From Zygnema circumcarinatum SAG 698-1b (lineage: Eukaryota > Plantae > Zygnematophyceae), in contig CM074805.1 of the NCBI GenBank assembly GCA_037447605.1, positions 4,063,361 to 4,127,360 of the forward strand: a stretch of DNA of 64,000 nt, given 5' to 3'. A program made the translations under genes and the position numbers. Numbering within the stretch: the stretch's first letter is position 1; each line of letters opens with the position of its first letter. A model generated the notes under the pieces. That model saw nothing but the letters and a program-made list of their open reading frames with translations, made no database searches and was not told where the DNA came from. Positions 1-13,129 of the stretch are shown piece by piece.

Positions 1-20
1 GCTTCGCACGTTCCTTACAG

Positions 21-3000
21 GTTGAAGCAATGGAGGGAAAAGAGAAGTACTAAGCAAGGAATGATGTAGTATACTCTGTAGCCTATGTTGCAGATTGTTC
101 TAATGAGTATCTTGTGGATATATCACAAAACTAGTTTATCAAGAATTAGTAAGCTAGCTATCTTTGACTCGTGACGCCTGACCTGGCTCATGCTCTGAGA
201 GGACGTGACACTTTCTTATTTGATTAGCTTCTGAATGTTGATCATCAGTTGGACTTGTTCGTCGCCCTTAGCTCACTTTAGGCATGCGTCCACTACCATG
301 AGCAGGCACATGCTTCATATGACTTTTGTGGCATTCTGTTCTTTCTCTACATCCTTCTGAATCGTCCTGTTGCTTGCGTCTGCAGCTGGTGTACAATGAA
401 GCCTTGGAACTGTTGACGAGCTTCCATCACGCGCGATCAGCTGTCACTGCTGGAACCCCTGAAGACGATGCTTTAAGGCAAGCTGGTCTGCAATGCCGTG
501 CTGAGGTAAGACCATTTCGTGTACTCTCGGCACTTTTAAAAACACGGAACACCATAGGATTCCGTCGTATAAGTAACTGAGAGCCACATGTTCTTGTGCA
601 CTTATAGGACATATATTTGTTTAAGGGCAGTAAAATTCGTAAAAGTCTGGCGACAATATTCATATTCATACTAATTTTTTTTTAGGAAATAGGATACAAA
701 CGTGAGGCTGCAAACTATTAAAAGACTCAGACACAAAAGTAGAGTACACTTGTTTCTGTTAAGTGCACAATCCTATAGATTAGTGTTTGTGGTTTTTACG
801 GTTTTTTAAATCTGAACATATGTAGGTGAAGGGAGTTCCCAGTTTTCTTCGCTTTATGTACTTTACCAGTTAAACATCTTATCCAGGAAATGGAAAATGT
901 GCTGCTTTTCCATCTCTATTGTATCAATGTATAAGCTGGGAACTAATTGCAGTAACTCTGCTCCTTTGCAGGATTATGAGGCCTTGGAACACAGTTTGGC
1001 CCTGGCTCAGGCAGTGGAGCGTTTGCAGATACAGTTTCCTCTCAATGCAACAGACAGGGCGCATGAAGAAGGACATGCAAAACTTACAGGCAAAAACCAG
1101 GCGGACAGGAACGGGAATCAAGCAGAGAAGGAAAACGAGCCCTTTGCAGGAACCCATACGCATCTGCTGGGTGTCAAACGAGAAGATATTCAAAAGGGAG
1201 ACAGGTTTGAGGTAGTTTACTCTAATACTATAACCGGTTCCTTCATGGTCTGAATGAGCACTCGCTTTCGTGAGAGAAGGTCATCAGTATTTCAAGTGCT
1301 TCAGCTGAATGATGCTTGACGTTTGACCTTTGAGTGAGCTAGATTTGGACTCCACAAGCTCTAGAAAGCATATGCCCACTTGTTTACAAACAGTATTGCT
1401 TGCGGAACTGGAGGATAAAACGATTTGTCGCGGCGTTCAGGTGAAGAAAGATTATATACCGTCAAAGACAGGGCTTGCGTTGGTCTGATTGAGCTCAGCT
1501 TGTGTTGTTGGGCGATTATATGCGTAGTCTGGAAGCCGACGCGCAGTTTTGAATAAGACACTTGGGATTTTTTTTTTTTTTTTGAGTTTCTCTGAGTGGA
1601 AACATACTTTATTTTAATGCTGTTCCATTTACGTGAAAATTTAGTGCACTATGCAGTCAGGCCTTATGGAAGAGGTGGATGCACGACTGCATGCAAAGCA
1701 TCAGCGGTTGACTGCCATCTTGGAACCGCCCGCAGGTACGGTGACCGTGATTTGAAACTTGAATATGCCATTCCTTCGATTGTCTCACTATATCAGGAAG
1801 TCGCTACTTTTTGGACAGCTTTATCTGATACAGTGACGGTTATTTGGAGGTGTTTCAGATGTCGGAGAGAAAAGTGTTCCTGCTTCATCTCTAGCAGAGA
1901 GGTGAGAGGACTCGTCAATCACATTAATGTCTTGTTGAGCCTTGGGTTGTCAGTGGTTTGCTGCTGGTAGGATTAAGTATTTCTGGATGTGTTACGGACA
2001 TTGTGGAGGATGATTTCGAACATCACGGGAAGATTAAGGGAATTGATTTACAACTGAAACCGAACTGAGCTGATTTTAGTGCGGGTACTTGGTCGATGAG
2101 TGGCATAGTCTCCTTATATTCCTGTCTTGGATATTTCAAGCCGGCTATGGCCATACTCCGTCATTCTAAGTTTGAACCTTGATCGAGTGGCCTAGTCAGT
2201 TCTTTAAAGTATATAGCTCATGTGGAGAAGGCTCACAGGGTTCGGTATTTCGTCTGACTGTCGTCTAGAAAACAGAGCGCTGGCAACTGCACGAAGACTG
2301 GATACCAAGAAGGCTCAGCTTCGGCAGGAGGAAGAATCAGTAGCTCTACTCTACGAAAAGTATGAGCAGGTGAGTCAGCTTCCAATGCCTCGCCCTTTTT
2401 TGAAGGTCTGGGCAGTCCTAAAGTCTGGTTGTGAGATCCTGAAAGTATCATGTTTTTGGTACTGCTGAGGTTCCGCAACTTTTCCAAATGGTGCCTTGAT
2501 TAGGTCCTTATTCAGAACGTAGTTCTGTTATGAAATCCATCTGACATAAAGTCATGGACCACATTACCTTTCCGTTGAATGATGGGTCCCTTCTCTCCAG
2601 GAACAAGCGCAAAACTTGATGCTGTTGGTTGAAGTTGTGGAGCAGTACAAGCTTCAGCAATGGCGGCAGTATGTGAGTTGATTGCACATGTGCTTGTGTT
2701 AAGTTCATGCTATGCAGTTAACAGTGCACCAAGGCAGTGGGACATAACATAGGGCATCAAGGTTGTCCACTCTACAGCAGCATCCGATATTCTTCAAAAA
2801 CGAACAGTGGGATCATTTTCTTATTTTTGAACTTAGTGTATTTTACGTGCAAAACTCAATAATAATGAAAGTGCGTCCACCTCTGCGCAGTAGCTTTTCA
2901 GTGCCATTTAGAATGAGTGTATGGCTGGTGGACTATAAACAGAGCAATAAACTTACTGTATTTAACATTTGATCCTGCTTGACAGATTGCTCGTAAATGA

Positions 3001-4512
3001 TGTGCAGGAATATCTGAGGATGCAGCTTTTTTTCAAGAAGGCCGAAGTTCTCCAACAAGAGCTTAGGTTTGGCTCTCTCTCTTTGCTATTTTTCTACACC
3101 ATCAGCTTGTGAGTGGAATGCTGAAGTTTACACGAAGACTTTGAACTCAGTGGTTCCTCAGGCAGAGTGCACGAGCATCTCCAGCAGCTGCTGTTGAGGG
3201 TTTGTACGAGAAACTATTGCCTGACCGCATGGCGTAGTATACACCATCTTGAATTTATGTTGTGGCGTATCGTACCTTCTGTGCGGGTCAGTAGTCTTCT
3301 CTTTAAGTCTTAAGAAGGTTCGGTCGGTGTTCTGGGGACAGAGACATTCAGCAGAGCATACTGGAGGAGACGTATACCTCACAGACTGTGCCAGCGTTGC
3401 AAATCATCAGGTGCTTTTTCCTGACAGGAAACTCGCCGGATCAAGGTTTGATATGGTTTGATACGTTTTTTTCCTTCACCAACGTTGATTCCGATGCGTT
3501 ATTCACCACTTGCTTGATATATAGTTCAATGCATGTGTCATCTGGACTGACTCCCTAGTGGGCGACCGTTCTGCTTTTTTAAGTCCGAAGACTATTTATT
3601 TATTGACTACGTCTATTAGTTGAGTTTCATGCTGTTCTCTGAGAGGATGGCGACTGTGTGTTGTGTGGTGTGAACTGCAGGAAACATTTGGAGTCACAAA
3701 TTGGGGACCTCTCAGGCACGTTGGAGAAGGGGGTGAGTGACAGCTGCAAATATGTCCAAGGAAAAGTAGTCAACCCTGTAGTTCATCGAGCTACTTAAAG
3801 AAGAGAGACTTGGATTTCCTGTGTCCAGAAGTGGGGCTTCCTATTGGTTTAAGTCATTTTCATTGAAGGAGATAGACCGAAGGGAGAGAGGGAGGGCAGG
3901 AGGAAGTCCGACAAAAGGGAAGCAGCGGGACCGCTGTGAGTTTGGGGTAAGACCTGACATACTCTTGTCTGCAGCAACAACGTTGATTCCCCTCCTGCAA
4001 ACTCTCATGCAGAAGCAACGGCTACAAGAGTACGAGGAACTGGGCTTCAACTTTGCTGACCTGGCCCGCCGGTACAAGGACTCATCCAATGTAAGCGCTC
4101 GGGTGTTCATGAACCGAGTGTGATGCCTTTGCCCTGATACCTTCAGTGCCTTAAGTCATATGACACTTGAAAAGGTCTTGCACTTCTAGAAAACTGCACG
4201 GACCTGAGTGATGTCAGTTTCTTGCGGTTTATGTTGAACGAGCAATAGGTTCAACTTCCTGCCAAGCGTGTTTGAAACTTGATTCTCTCCGAGGTCGTTG
4301 GATGACAATGTAGATCTCTTAGTGGATCCCCTTGTCTGGATGTCATTAAGGTTTAGGTGAAAGTTTTTAGGGCTTTCAGGCTTTTTTGGGGTGGCGTACA
4401 CATTAACACTCTTGAGGGCTGTTTGAATGTGGTGCAGCTTTTGGAGGTCCAAAAATCGACATATGAGCAGCTCCTGGAGGAGTTTGAACCGCAGTCGGTG
4501 TCAGTCGAGTAG
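21..4512 (+). CDS. HAUS4: Augmin/HAUS complex subunit 4-like, multi-exon, 5' end probably outside the window
   Basis: GT-AG exons at ~385-506, ~973-1211, ~2240-2369, ~2601-2670, ~2986-3065, ~3681-3733, ~3972-4090 and 4438-4512. Spliced peptide ...ILEETYTSQTVPALQIIRKHLESQIG...QRLQEYEELGFNFADLARRYKDSSNLLEVQK...* resembles the HAUS4 C-terminus (LETYT...IR...L and RL.EY.....F..LAR.Y motifs). The 5' exon structure is uncertain. Confidence 0.7.
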
Positions 4513-5131
4513 CGGGACATTGAAACGAAGGCGTTGGGGATAGGCGGCAATAAACTCTGCATCGTTATATGTATCCAAGGAAATGCAGAAGTCTACTCGG
4601 AGTGTATATGAGCAATGCGGCCCTGGGTTTAAGCAATTGTCAGGGCCCTCTCCATCTTGACTTCGTCTACAGCTGATACGGAACCACTATTGGTAGTGGC
4701 TTGACAGGTGCGTATGGCTGTCATATTCAACGGAAACGTGCTCGACTGAATACAATCAAAATTCCGGATGCAGCACTGTCCCAGATGCGGTTGAGGCAAA
4801 CCGGGGCAGGGCAGAGAAGCCATCAAAGAAACTTGAGAGCACCTGTCAGTTCTCAAACAATGTGGACACCAGTGGGGATTTGAACATTATAAATATCTGA
4901 ACATTAAGGGGAACAACATTAAGACACATTCCCTGCCACCCTCTCTCTCCAACTGCCTGTCGACACACATCCATTGGTTTCTTAAATGATGGCGAGTGAC
5001 AGGCAGTCGCCGAATGAATCACAGATAGATTGCAAATGGATGCAAACAAATGACATATCAATGCTGTGCCGGATTCGAGCACATCCATCGGCAGGCGCAG
5101 AAAGAAGAGAGAGGGGAGGAGAGAGGGCGGC

Positions 5132-8100
5132 CTATGATTTGATGACATAGGTGATATCGGCGCGATCCTTGATCCACTTCAAGACCTTCCTCTCCTTCAG
5201 CACAATCATGGCCTGCCCATCGCCCCAAGCCAACGGGTCAGCAGGAACACGCCTCAACAATCGACTTAACAACTTACTACTGAAATAACTCTCACAATTT
5301 TCCTCCACTCCCCCCTCTCCCCCATCTCCTCCGCTCCCCTCTTCCCCTTCTCCGCCTCTCCTCCCTCTCTCTCTCTCTAACTTGCAGTCTCTCTCTCTCA
5401 AGTTCTCGCTCTCCCACTCACCTCCCACCTCCAACACACACCAAGTTTTGTATCCAATCGGACACCCTTCTGCTTCACTTCTGCTTTACCCACGTCGTGC
5501 TCCGCCCCAAACTCACCTGTTCCCGAAGCTTCTCCTTGTCAAACACCCTCCCACTACCATTCTCCTCTTTCGAGTCCCCAGAAGTCGCCGCCTGGTCATC
5601 GAACACATACGTCTCGTCAAACATGGAGAGGTGAGATGCCAGCTCGGCCTCCAGCTCTTCCTCTGCAACCTGCACAACCGCCAACCCCCCTCGGCCCCCC
5701 GGTCGTCTTCACAGCTTAGAAAGGAAATGGGCACCTTAAGGACGTGCCAGAGCAATCTGTTCTTGTATAGCAGAATGGGCCGCAGCTATGTAATCATAGA
5801 AGACAAGCCCCAAAAGGTCCATTCTTCCTCATAACCTTATAAATGAAGAACTTCTCATGTTCTGCGACCATTCTGTCAAGGAAACTGCACGTTTAAGCAA
5901 ACCTGCGTCTCTGGTTCAAGGTTGTAAATAGCATCCATTGCGCAGGACTGCTTCATGAGCTGCTCAAGGTACGACCGTTTATCGGAGATGTAGGCATCCA
6001 TGGCCTTCTGTGTCGTTAGCAGTTTCAGTTGCTCTGTACTGAGCCTCAATTTCGCCTGCAAACAGATCCATTCCATTTCCATTTCTTAGCGGTTCAGTTG
6101 CGGGCTCCCTACAGTTCTGACTATGGCTTCACCTGCCGACGAACAGTCAGCATCAGTCCAAGAATATAATGCCAAAATGAAGAACCATAACCGGAATGTC
6201 AATGAACGTTGCAAGGACATTAACTGTGCCAGGAAGCTTTGAAAATTTAGCTGCCTACGCATTGTCCGGAAAAGCCTTCTTTACTTCCATAATACAGATT
6301 TGGCCGCTTTACATCTGCCCATCTGCCACGTGTATCATTAAGAGAATCTCACCTGTAAAGTGGTGAGGTAAAGCGCAAACTGGTTTTGGCCTTGCTGACG
6401 TATCAGAGATTCCGGAACCTCTACTTCGGACACCTGCGAGCCCAAGAGCAGATGTGGCTCGTCAACGCTCGAACAATCGTTTAAGGTTCCAAGATCAATC
6501 TGTTTTTCTAGTTCTTCGAATATAGGCAAAGCAGTTGATGTTTCTTAAAAAACAGCGGTGCCGTACCTCTCCCAGCAGACGCAGGATCTCCGTTGTGGCA
6601 GCCTGCTCCTTCGCATCATCCAATCGCTGTTGCTGCTTCCTTAGAAGAGCTTCTCGTGCCTGCACTCGGCAAAAGCCCATCTTAAGTCTTTACATGCAGT
6701 GAGAACTTATCCTTCATCAGCGCGTCACATGATGATAAATGGAACTGTGATGCCAGAACTCTACGCAATCCTTTGCGAAAGGAACGTGCTCCCCATTGCA
6801 ATACTCCACCCCCCCCACTCCTACTTGAGAATCAGGCACTTAAGTCTCTGTGCTTCAGTTTACTAGACTTTGCTTGCAGAGTATATACTGCAGAGCGGTA
6901 AGTTCGTCTCTCCCTTCAGTCCTGCCACTCTTTCCCTACTTCCGCTCCGTGCTCATGAAATGGGCAAAACCACCAAGGCGAAGTGTCATACATCTGCAAT
7001 CGTCGATGTTCCGGGGACCAATTTGTCTGCAATCGAGTCCTCTAATTCTGGAATTGAACGGGTAAATAGCTCCTTGCAGGTGACCTGCTCATTGACCATC
7101 CATCCCTCTCCACCCTTGATGAATGTGATGCATTGAACGCCAAGAAGACGATAAAGGCTGAACAAGAACAGGCCAAACAGAAGCAGGTTGTACTTAAAAT
7201 GGAATGCATTTGCCTTATGTTGAATCCATCCAGCACACCATACCGTGAAGCGGCCGGTGATGCCCTGAAGGGCCTCAAGGCCCCAATCATCCGGAAACAC
7301 TATGTCATAAACTCGCGTTTCTTCCCGTTGCATTCCCCACATACCCTCCACCAGCCCCGGCAGAAAGCTGCTCATGATGTTGTCGGTGTCAATCTGGCAG
7401 CCTGCAAAAAGCCCCTCCCAATACCTGAGCTTATAGCTGAGCCAATATAAACACAACTATCTAGGTTCTTCCTGGAACAATTAGCTTGCCCATTATCAAC
7501 AAGGTTGGAGGAAATTTACGTGCTCCCTTACCCTTCTCAACGCATGATATAATAAGATCGCCAGCTGTCCCATCCTCCTTTACTCGTGTGGCTGAGACAT
7601 CCATGATGGCCACGTCGCCTTTCTGCATCGATAAAACCCCAAAAAGTGTTCGTAAAAAAAAAGGCTGCAAGTGAGGTCTACCTATTGAAGGAAGTGAAAG
7701 ATGGCAATAAAACGCAATGAGGCTACCCAACCTCTTCAATGTACCACTACACGCGTTTCTCTGCCCAAGGCTCCTACTACCAAAGCAGCTTTGAAATAGT
7801 GTACAGCTCACCGGAAAGACAGGATACAAAAAGCAGCAAGTACCAATATCCTAATGCAAGATCCGCGGTAAGATAAGTTTGCTGCCTGCCCGTGCCTACG
7901 CATGCGGTGCCATTTACCTGCACTCCTCCTGTGTTGAGGGATACTCTAAGAGAGCCTTGGTCTTTCAGGAGATTCTGCAACTCCCTTTCTGCCTCCTCCT
8001 GGGGGTCCCCTACATCCATCTTTAACTCAAATTGAAGCTTTGCATAAGCCTTTTCACTTTTCCATCGCACTTCAGGCTCCACATCAATCCGCATTTCAAA

Positions 8101-10200
8101 CCTGCATAGAAATGGCAGGTAGGATGGCACCATTCACTGACTGGATCATGAAGCGAATCCTTCATTCTAATGAATCTGCGAGAGTGCGTTTTTTTGCGCT
8201 CATGCTCCTGGAAGGTGCCATCTTCGCAGTGTTTTTCCCAGGCCTGCATTACTTACGAAAAGGGCCCGGCCTTGGAGAAAGAGGCGATCATTTCATCGCC
8301 AGTTTGGAGGAACACCTCTGAACCTTGAAGCAGCCGCTCATGGTACTGCATTCGGAAGCGCCACACCTTACCGTTATTCAGATCACTTGACTCGCTGAAA
8401 CGTAAGCCAAAGACACGGTTAACACTCAGCTAACTCTTTGCATAAAGGAGAACACGTTTTGAAACTTGGGAGTTCTTCGAATGCGACACAGTACCCTTAA
8501 CTGTTGCCTTGACATAAGCACGAAGAAGTGGCAAAGGCGACGACTGCCAAATTGAGCCAAGCATCTGAGCAACGACCACCATTGCAAGGAAATGCATTCA
8601 TGCTTTCTGATTCCAGCAATTTCAAAAGGAGGCGAATACCAATGGTAGTAAACTTACCGGTTGAAACACTTCAATTGGACACTCCTTAAGGAGTATGTCC
8701 AAAGCGATTCTCTTAACTTCTCTCTCTCCGGTCAGCTTAATAATCACAGCCTCCGACACCGGCTTATCAGTTTTCTTGGCGGTCGCAAATTCCTGTATGG
8801 AAAAACATCCATTCATGTCAAATTCAGTGCATTGAGCTGCATGGAAAGTGTAATGCATGCACTGTTCCAAGCCCTTTACGAAGTCTGTCGCTATGGCCAT
8901 TCTCCCTTTTCGAATTGAGTTATCTCTCTTTGACGAAAAGGAAAATGCAATTATCCTTACAGGTGTGATTTCTCCTCATTTTCATCCAAAACACAATTGC
9001 AGCCGGAATCTGAAATCCATGAAGCTAGCCTAAGTTGGAGTGCAACCTCTGAAGAGTTCCGCAGGGCATCCAGTGCTCTCTCCCATAGCTGCTGGCATGT
9101 CGCAGGAGGTACTGTCACTTTAAGCCGCAGCTACGTCATGACATCATGCACACAAGGAATGTATCAGGAGATATTCAACCCTATTTTCTTCTTTTCGTCT
9201 TTATTGACGTCGAAACGCTTTCAGAACTTTCGCAAGAAAGAAAAAATCTTTTGGGTTTAAGGTTTGAATGTGCACAGAGAATATGGCCACTAGGTTTCCT
9301 TTTGTTTATTCTACACTCATCCAGTTTCGATCCACAAACTGAATTCTGCTTTAGAAATTGCGTGGTCATCATGATGCTAGCCTTGCAGACATAATTAGAG
9401 AGATCTTCCCACTTCTATGTATACATATTCGAACAACCTAGTCATGGGGCGTGGTCGCTTCAAGCAACAGCACATAAATCGCTTCCATCGCTTGTAACTC
9501 CACAGAACCTCATGGTCAGACTCGTAAAGCATTTCATGTTCATCCAAGCGGTATTCCTAAATCCTTTCAAATTCACCAAACGGCCTTCCTTGCAAGGGAT
9601 GTAGCATTCCTCCAATACTTCCAGCCAGCTACAACGTTAACTCACAGCTCGAACCTATACAAAGGTAAACAGCCTTCAGTACTAATTGCAGAAATCCCCC
9701 AACGATAGGCGGCGGATACTGCAAGTGCATGATAGGTCGAGCTCTATGTCCTCACAACAGAGAAATAACATGACCCACAGCACGGAATATGCGGCATTCA
9801 CCTGAGAATGAGGCTCTGGGAACTCATCTACCGAAAGGCCGAGGCCTTTGTATTCCTCTGCAGGAGCTCCTTTCAACGGAATTGTCTTTGCAGGAGCAGT
9901 TGTGCCACCGAATCCCCTCTTTGCAGCACAAATGTGTAATCTGCGTTCACTTCTCGATGATATTGCCTTTAATTCTAACCGGTTAGACAATCGGAGCTGG
10001 AACCGCCTAGGCCATGCAGCAGACCTGTCGCTGATTCCAATTTCCTTTTGCAGCAACAGAGACGATGGTTGAGATGCATGGGACTTAGGATTTGTGACGC
10101 TTCCTGTCTGCTGCTTGCCTGACAAGAATCCTGCTGCGGCTCTACTCCGCTGCAGATCAAGGGAGGAGAGGAAGGGGCGGGTCTGCATGGTGCATCCCAT
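5132..10200 (-). CDS. TIG: Chloroplast trigger factor (TIG1-like), multi-exon, with transit-peptide-like N-terminus
   Basis: The exons splice in frame: ...PEPHSQ|LRLKVTVPPATCQQLWERAL...|...EREVKRIALDILLK...|FEMRIDVEPEVRWKSEKAY...|KGDVAIMDVSATRVKEDGTAG...|...FLPGLVEG...VFPDDWGLEALQGITGRFT|VTCKELFTRSIPELEDSIADKLVPG...|VSEVEVPESLIRQQG...|...ERKVLKWIKDRADITYVIKS*. This is colinear with the plant plastid trigger factor N, PPIase and C domains. ATG at 10200, TAG at 5132-5134. Confidence 0.92.
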
Positions 10201-10809
10201 GGCTTCTACAAGGCCTACCAAAAGCAGAAGGAGCGAGGGAAAAAGAAAAAGGGATCAGCGAAGAAAAGCAGCGGGAAACAAACAATCAGTCAGGGGCGAC
10301 GGACGACCCAGAAAAAATGAATGTTTCGAGAAACCGAGGAAGACGAGAGCAAATAAAAGATTTGCTGCTGAGATAAGAGCCTGCAGATAGCAGAAAAGAG
10401 CCCCAGATTGCAGGCAATGGGCCGTGCAAGAGGAACCCTACAAGCGCCCACTGGCTTAGACAGGAGTCAGGGCGCTTTTAGGGTTCCAAAAAGCGGCCCG
10501 CGAAGGGGCCCAGCCGTACCGTACGGCGCCATTCAGATAAAGTAGGCTTGCGAGCCGGCCGGATATCAGACCGTCCACACGGACATGACGGCCTCCATTT
10601 GTCGTTGCAGCTTCGAACTTCCGGCCAATGAAGACCTGCCACGTGGAGCCTTGTTTACACGTGGTGGACTACCATTGGAAGGGGGCGTCTAGGCTCTAGG
10701 CCTCTCGCCCATGGCCATGCCATGCCATGTCTTTGCCATGCCATGCCCATGGCCATGCCATGCAATGCCGATGCGCGAAAGCGTCCATGAGGAGAGTGGG
10801 GAGCTTGGG
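10201..10809. promoter_or_regulatory. Putative bidirectional promoter between TIG (-) and GET1 (+)
   Basis: About 610 bp separate the divergent start codons. It contains TGGGCC/GGCCCA site II-like motifs (10418-10423, 10507-10512), two CACGTG boxes (10640, 10658) and a CCATG-repeat tract (~10710-10765). Confidence 0.55.
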
Positions 10810-12954
10810 ATGGGGGGAGAAAGAGAGCAGCAGGGAGGAGAGGCTATGGCGGTGGCCGGCTGGCCTGTCGCCGCTGCCTCTTTTGCGGCTATGGCAGCAG
10901 CGGAGCTCTGCGCCGTATTGCTTGCGCGTTTTCTGCCTGTACGTGTCTCCTTTCTCGCTTGGACCCTCTCTTTAAAGACCGAGTTTTAGAGGTTTTAGTT
11001 TTACGGGGTCTTCCGGGTGTCGATGGCGTTAGCGGTTATCTGTGTTTTTAAAAGATTTCCGGGATTTTAGGGCTGGTGCTTTGCACTTTTGGTATTGAGG
11101 AATAATGAATGAAGCGCAGTAATGGAGGGCGGGGAAATCCATGTTATTCAGGTGACATTGATGAGCTACAACGAGAAGCAGCTGGCCAGGGAGCTCCTTG
11201 TATTGCGGCGCCAAGCAGACAAACTCAACACGTAAGCGTCAGGGGCATGCATGTGAGCTCTCACACTGTGTTGGAAAACGCCGCTTCAGCAGTTCACATG
11301 GCTGGAGTAAGTCGCTCGCACAAGAGGATGCATGTTGATTAGTCAGTGTCCTTCTTAGTGTGAATGAGAATGATTTTACGATGCTGGCGATCTTCAAACC
11401 TCACCCTTTCACACTGATGGCTTGGCAGTTTTCACAAAGCAGGCAAGGTGGTACTATGGATTCAGCACCTGCATTCCTAATAACCTTTGTCATCCAAAAT
11501 TTTGGTCCATTTTGACTGATGAGAGTTTGTGCATCGAGAATTGTCAGCTCAGACTGAGCTTTCTCTAGGCATCTCTGGAACGTTTCTTATGCAGTGCGTT
11601 GTACTCCTATACTTATTGCTTGTATCACGCTCGGATTTTCTGGACTAGCATAAAACCTGGCATTTGGACGGACCTTGCAGGCCTGATACATTTTCCCGCG
11701 CAGCAAAACTAAGACGATCCGCAACAGCCAAGGAAAAGGAGCTTCAAGAATGTTAGTGCTTATTCGCTTGCTCCTCAAGATCCTCAAAGAAACTCGCGAG
11801 TTGGGAGTTCTAGATATGATGCTCATTTGTTTGGACTAGATTAAGACTCTAAACTGTCAGAGCCTGTAGGCAAGGTTCTGTCATCAGAGAAATTTGTCTT
11901 GGGAGCACGAATCTCTTATTCAATCCACCTCATTTATTCGCACATCGTAGCTTGTCTATTGAAAACAGTGAGAAGCAAACGAGGAGCCCAGCTATGGCCC
12001 GCCATTCGAACAGTGATGCCTTTCATGCTGCGAGTGAGTGTTCAGCTTATAGCTTCCCAATCCCAATCGCTTGCAAGTTTTTTGCTTCTTGGAACGGACA
12101 AACAAACGAATCGATAACAGACAATCTCTGACAAACGCAGGCCGACTTTTTCTTTGTCTTTTTGTGACAGATGATAGTGTACTGGACTCTTGCGTTGTTG
12201 CTTTGGCGAACACCTGTCGTATCTCTGCCCCCTTACCTTCTTTCTCCACTTGGTAGTGCACATTCTCTCGCTCAGTCTTCAGAACTTAAGAGCGTCGAAA
12301 CGTCCAACTGCGAAGCCAGAGAGACTTGAAATTTGAAAGACTTGTTCAAGAATTGTGGTCTTAGCTTTCTTGGTCTGCTTCATGTTAAAATCCTACAGTG
12401 AGGTAATCCTACCACGCTGATCAGGATTGCTAGTGCCCGCATCACACTGCATGATAGAGTGAGGTCATGATTAAACTGTGAAGATTATGACTAGTTTTAC
12501 GTTGTTCGGAAGTGTAATGAAGGGGTGGTTCAACAATACCGAGATGTCCACTTCCAGGTGTACAACCAGTCCAAACCCAAAAAGTATTCTAATGCTGGAT
12601 ATCCGCTAACAATGCGATCACCTGATTGCATTGCAGAACGAGCGCTTAGCTTTCCAAAAGGACCCACGTGGCTCGGTGGGGGTGCGGTGAGTATTCTCTG
12701 ACGGATCCTTACAGCCACGCATGGAGGAAGAGGAAAGTGAATTCAAGGAAAAGGGTCGTCATTGCTAATGGCACTACGGTTCCGGCTCTGTACTGCAGTC
12801 AACCTGTGGTCATTATCCATGACTCGTTGATTAAGGTTTGGCATGGTCCAGTCGTAATGCAGTCTCGGAGTGGCTGGGTGTACAGGTGGCAGTACTTCCT
12901 TGGCTGGCTGCATGCAGCACTGTCAGTGCATATGTGGTGGCCAAACTCACATAA
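10810..12954 (+). CDS. GET1: GET1/WRB tail-anchored protein insertase, 7 exons
   Basis: Exons 10810-10938, 11152-11231, 11681-11751, 11969-12033, 12171-12252, 12637-12686 and 12886-12954 all have compatible phases. Peptide includes ...ELLVLRRQADKLNTPDTFSRAAKLRRSATAKEKEL...IVYWTLALLLWRTPVV...ERALSFPKG...VAVLPWLAACSTVSAYV*, matching plant GET1 (PATFAQAAKLRRSA..KEKEL, FWRTP, IIPWL). The start could instead be ATG 10846. Confidence 0.88.
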
Positions 12955-13129
12955 AGGAGGGGATGCTTGCTGTTTTGGCACTGACCTCCCCTCCTAGCAT
13001 TGTGGAGGGCAGGATAAGCCGATTGGTTCCCTTCCAAAGCTGGGAGTCCTCACATTATCGCAGGTCGTGTGGAGGTTGGAGGTGCGAAGGTGTTATCTGT
13101 TATAAGAATGGAGGCTGGCAGAAGGAGGT

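Noticed and set aside
12530-13037. Minus-strand ORFs with FLGLDWL, resembling a Ty3/gypsy protease
   Set aside because: The region is explained by GET1 exons 6-7 and their introns on the plus strand; the resemblance is an antisense coincidence.
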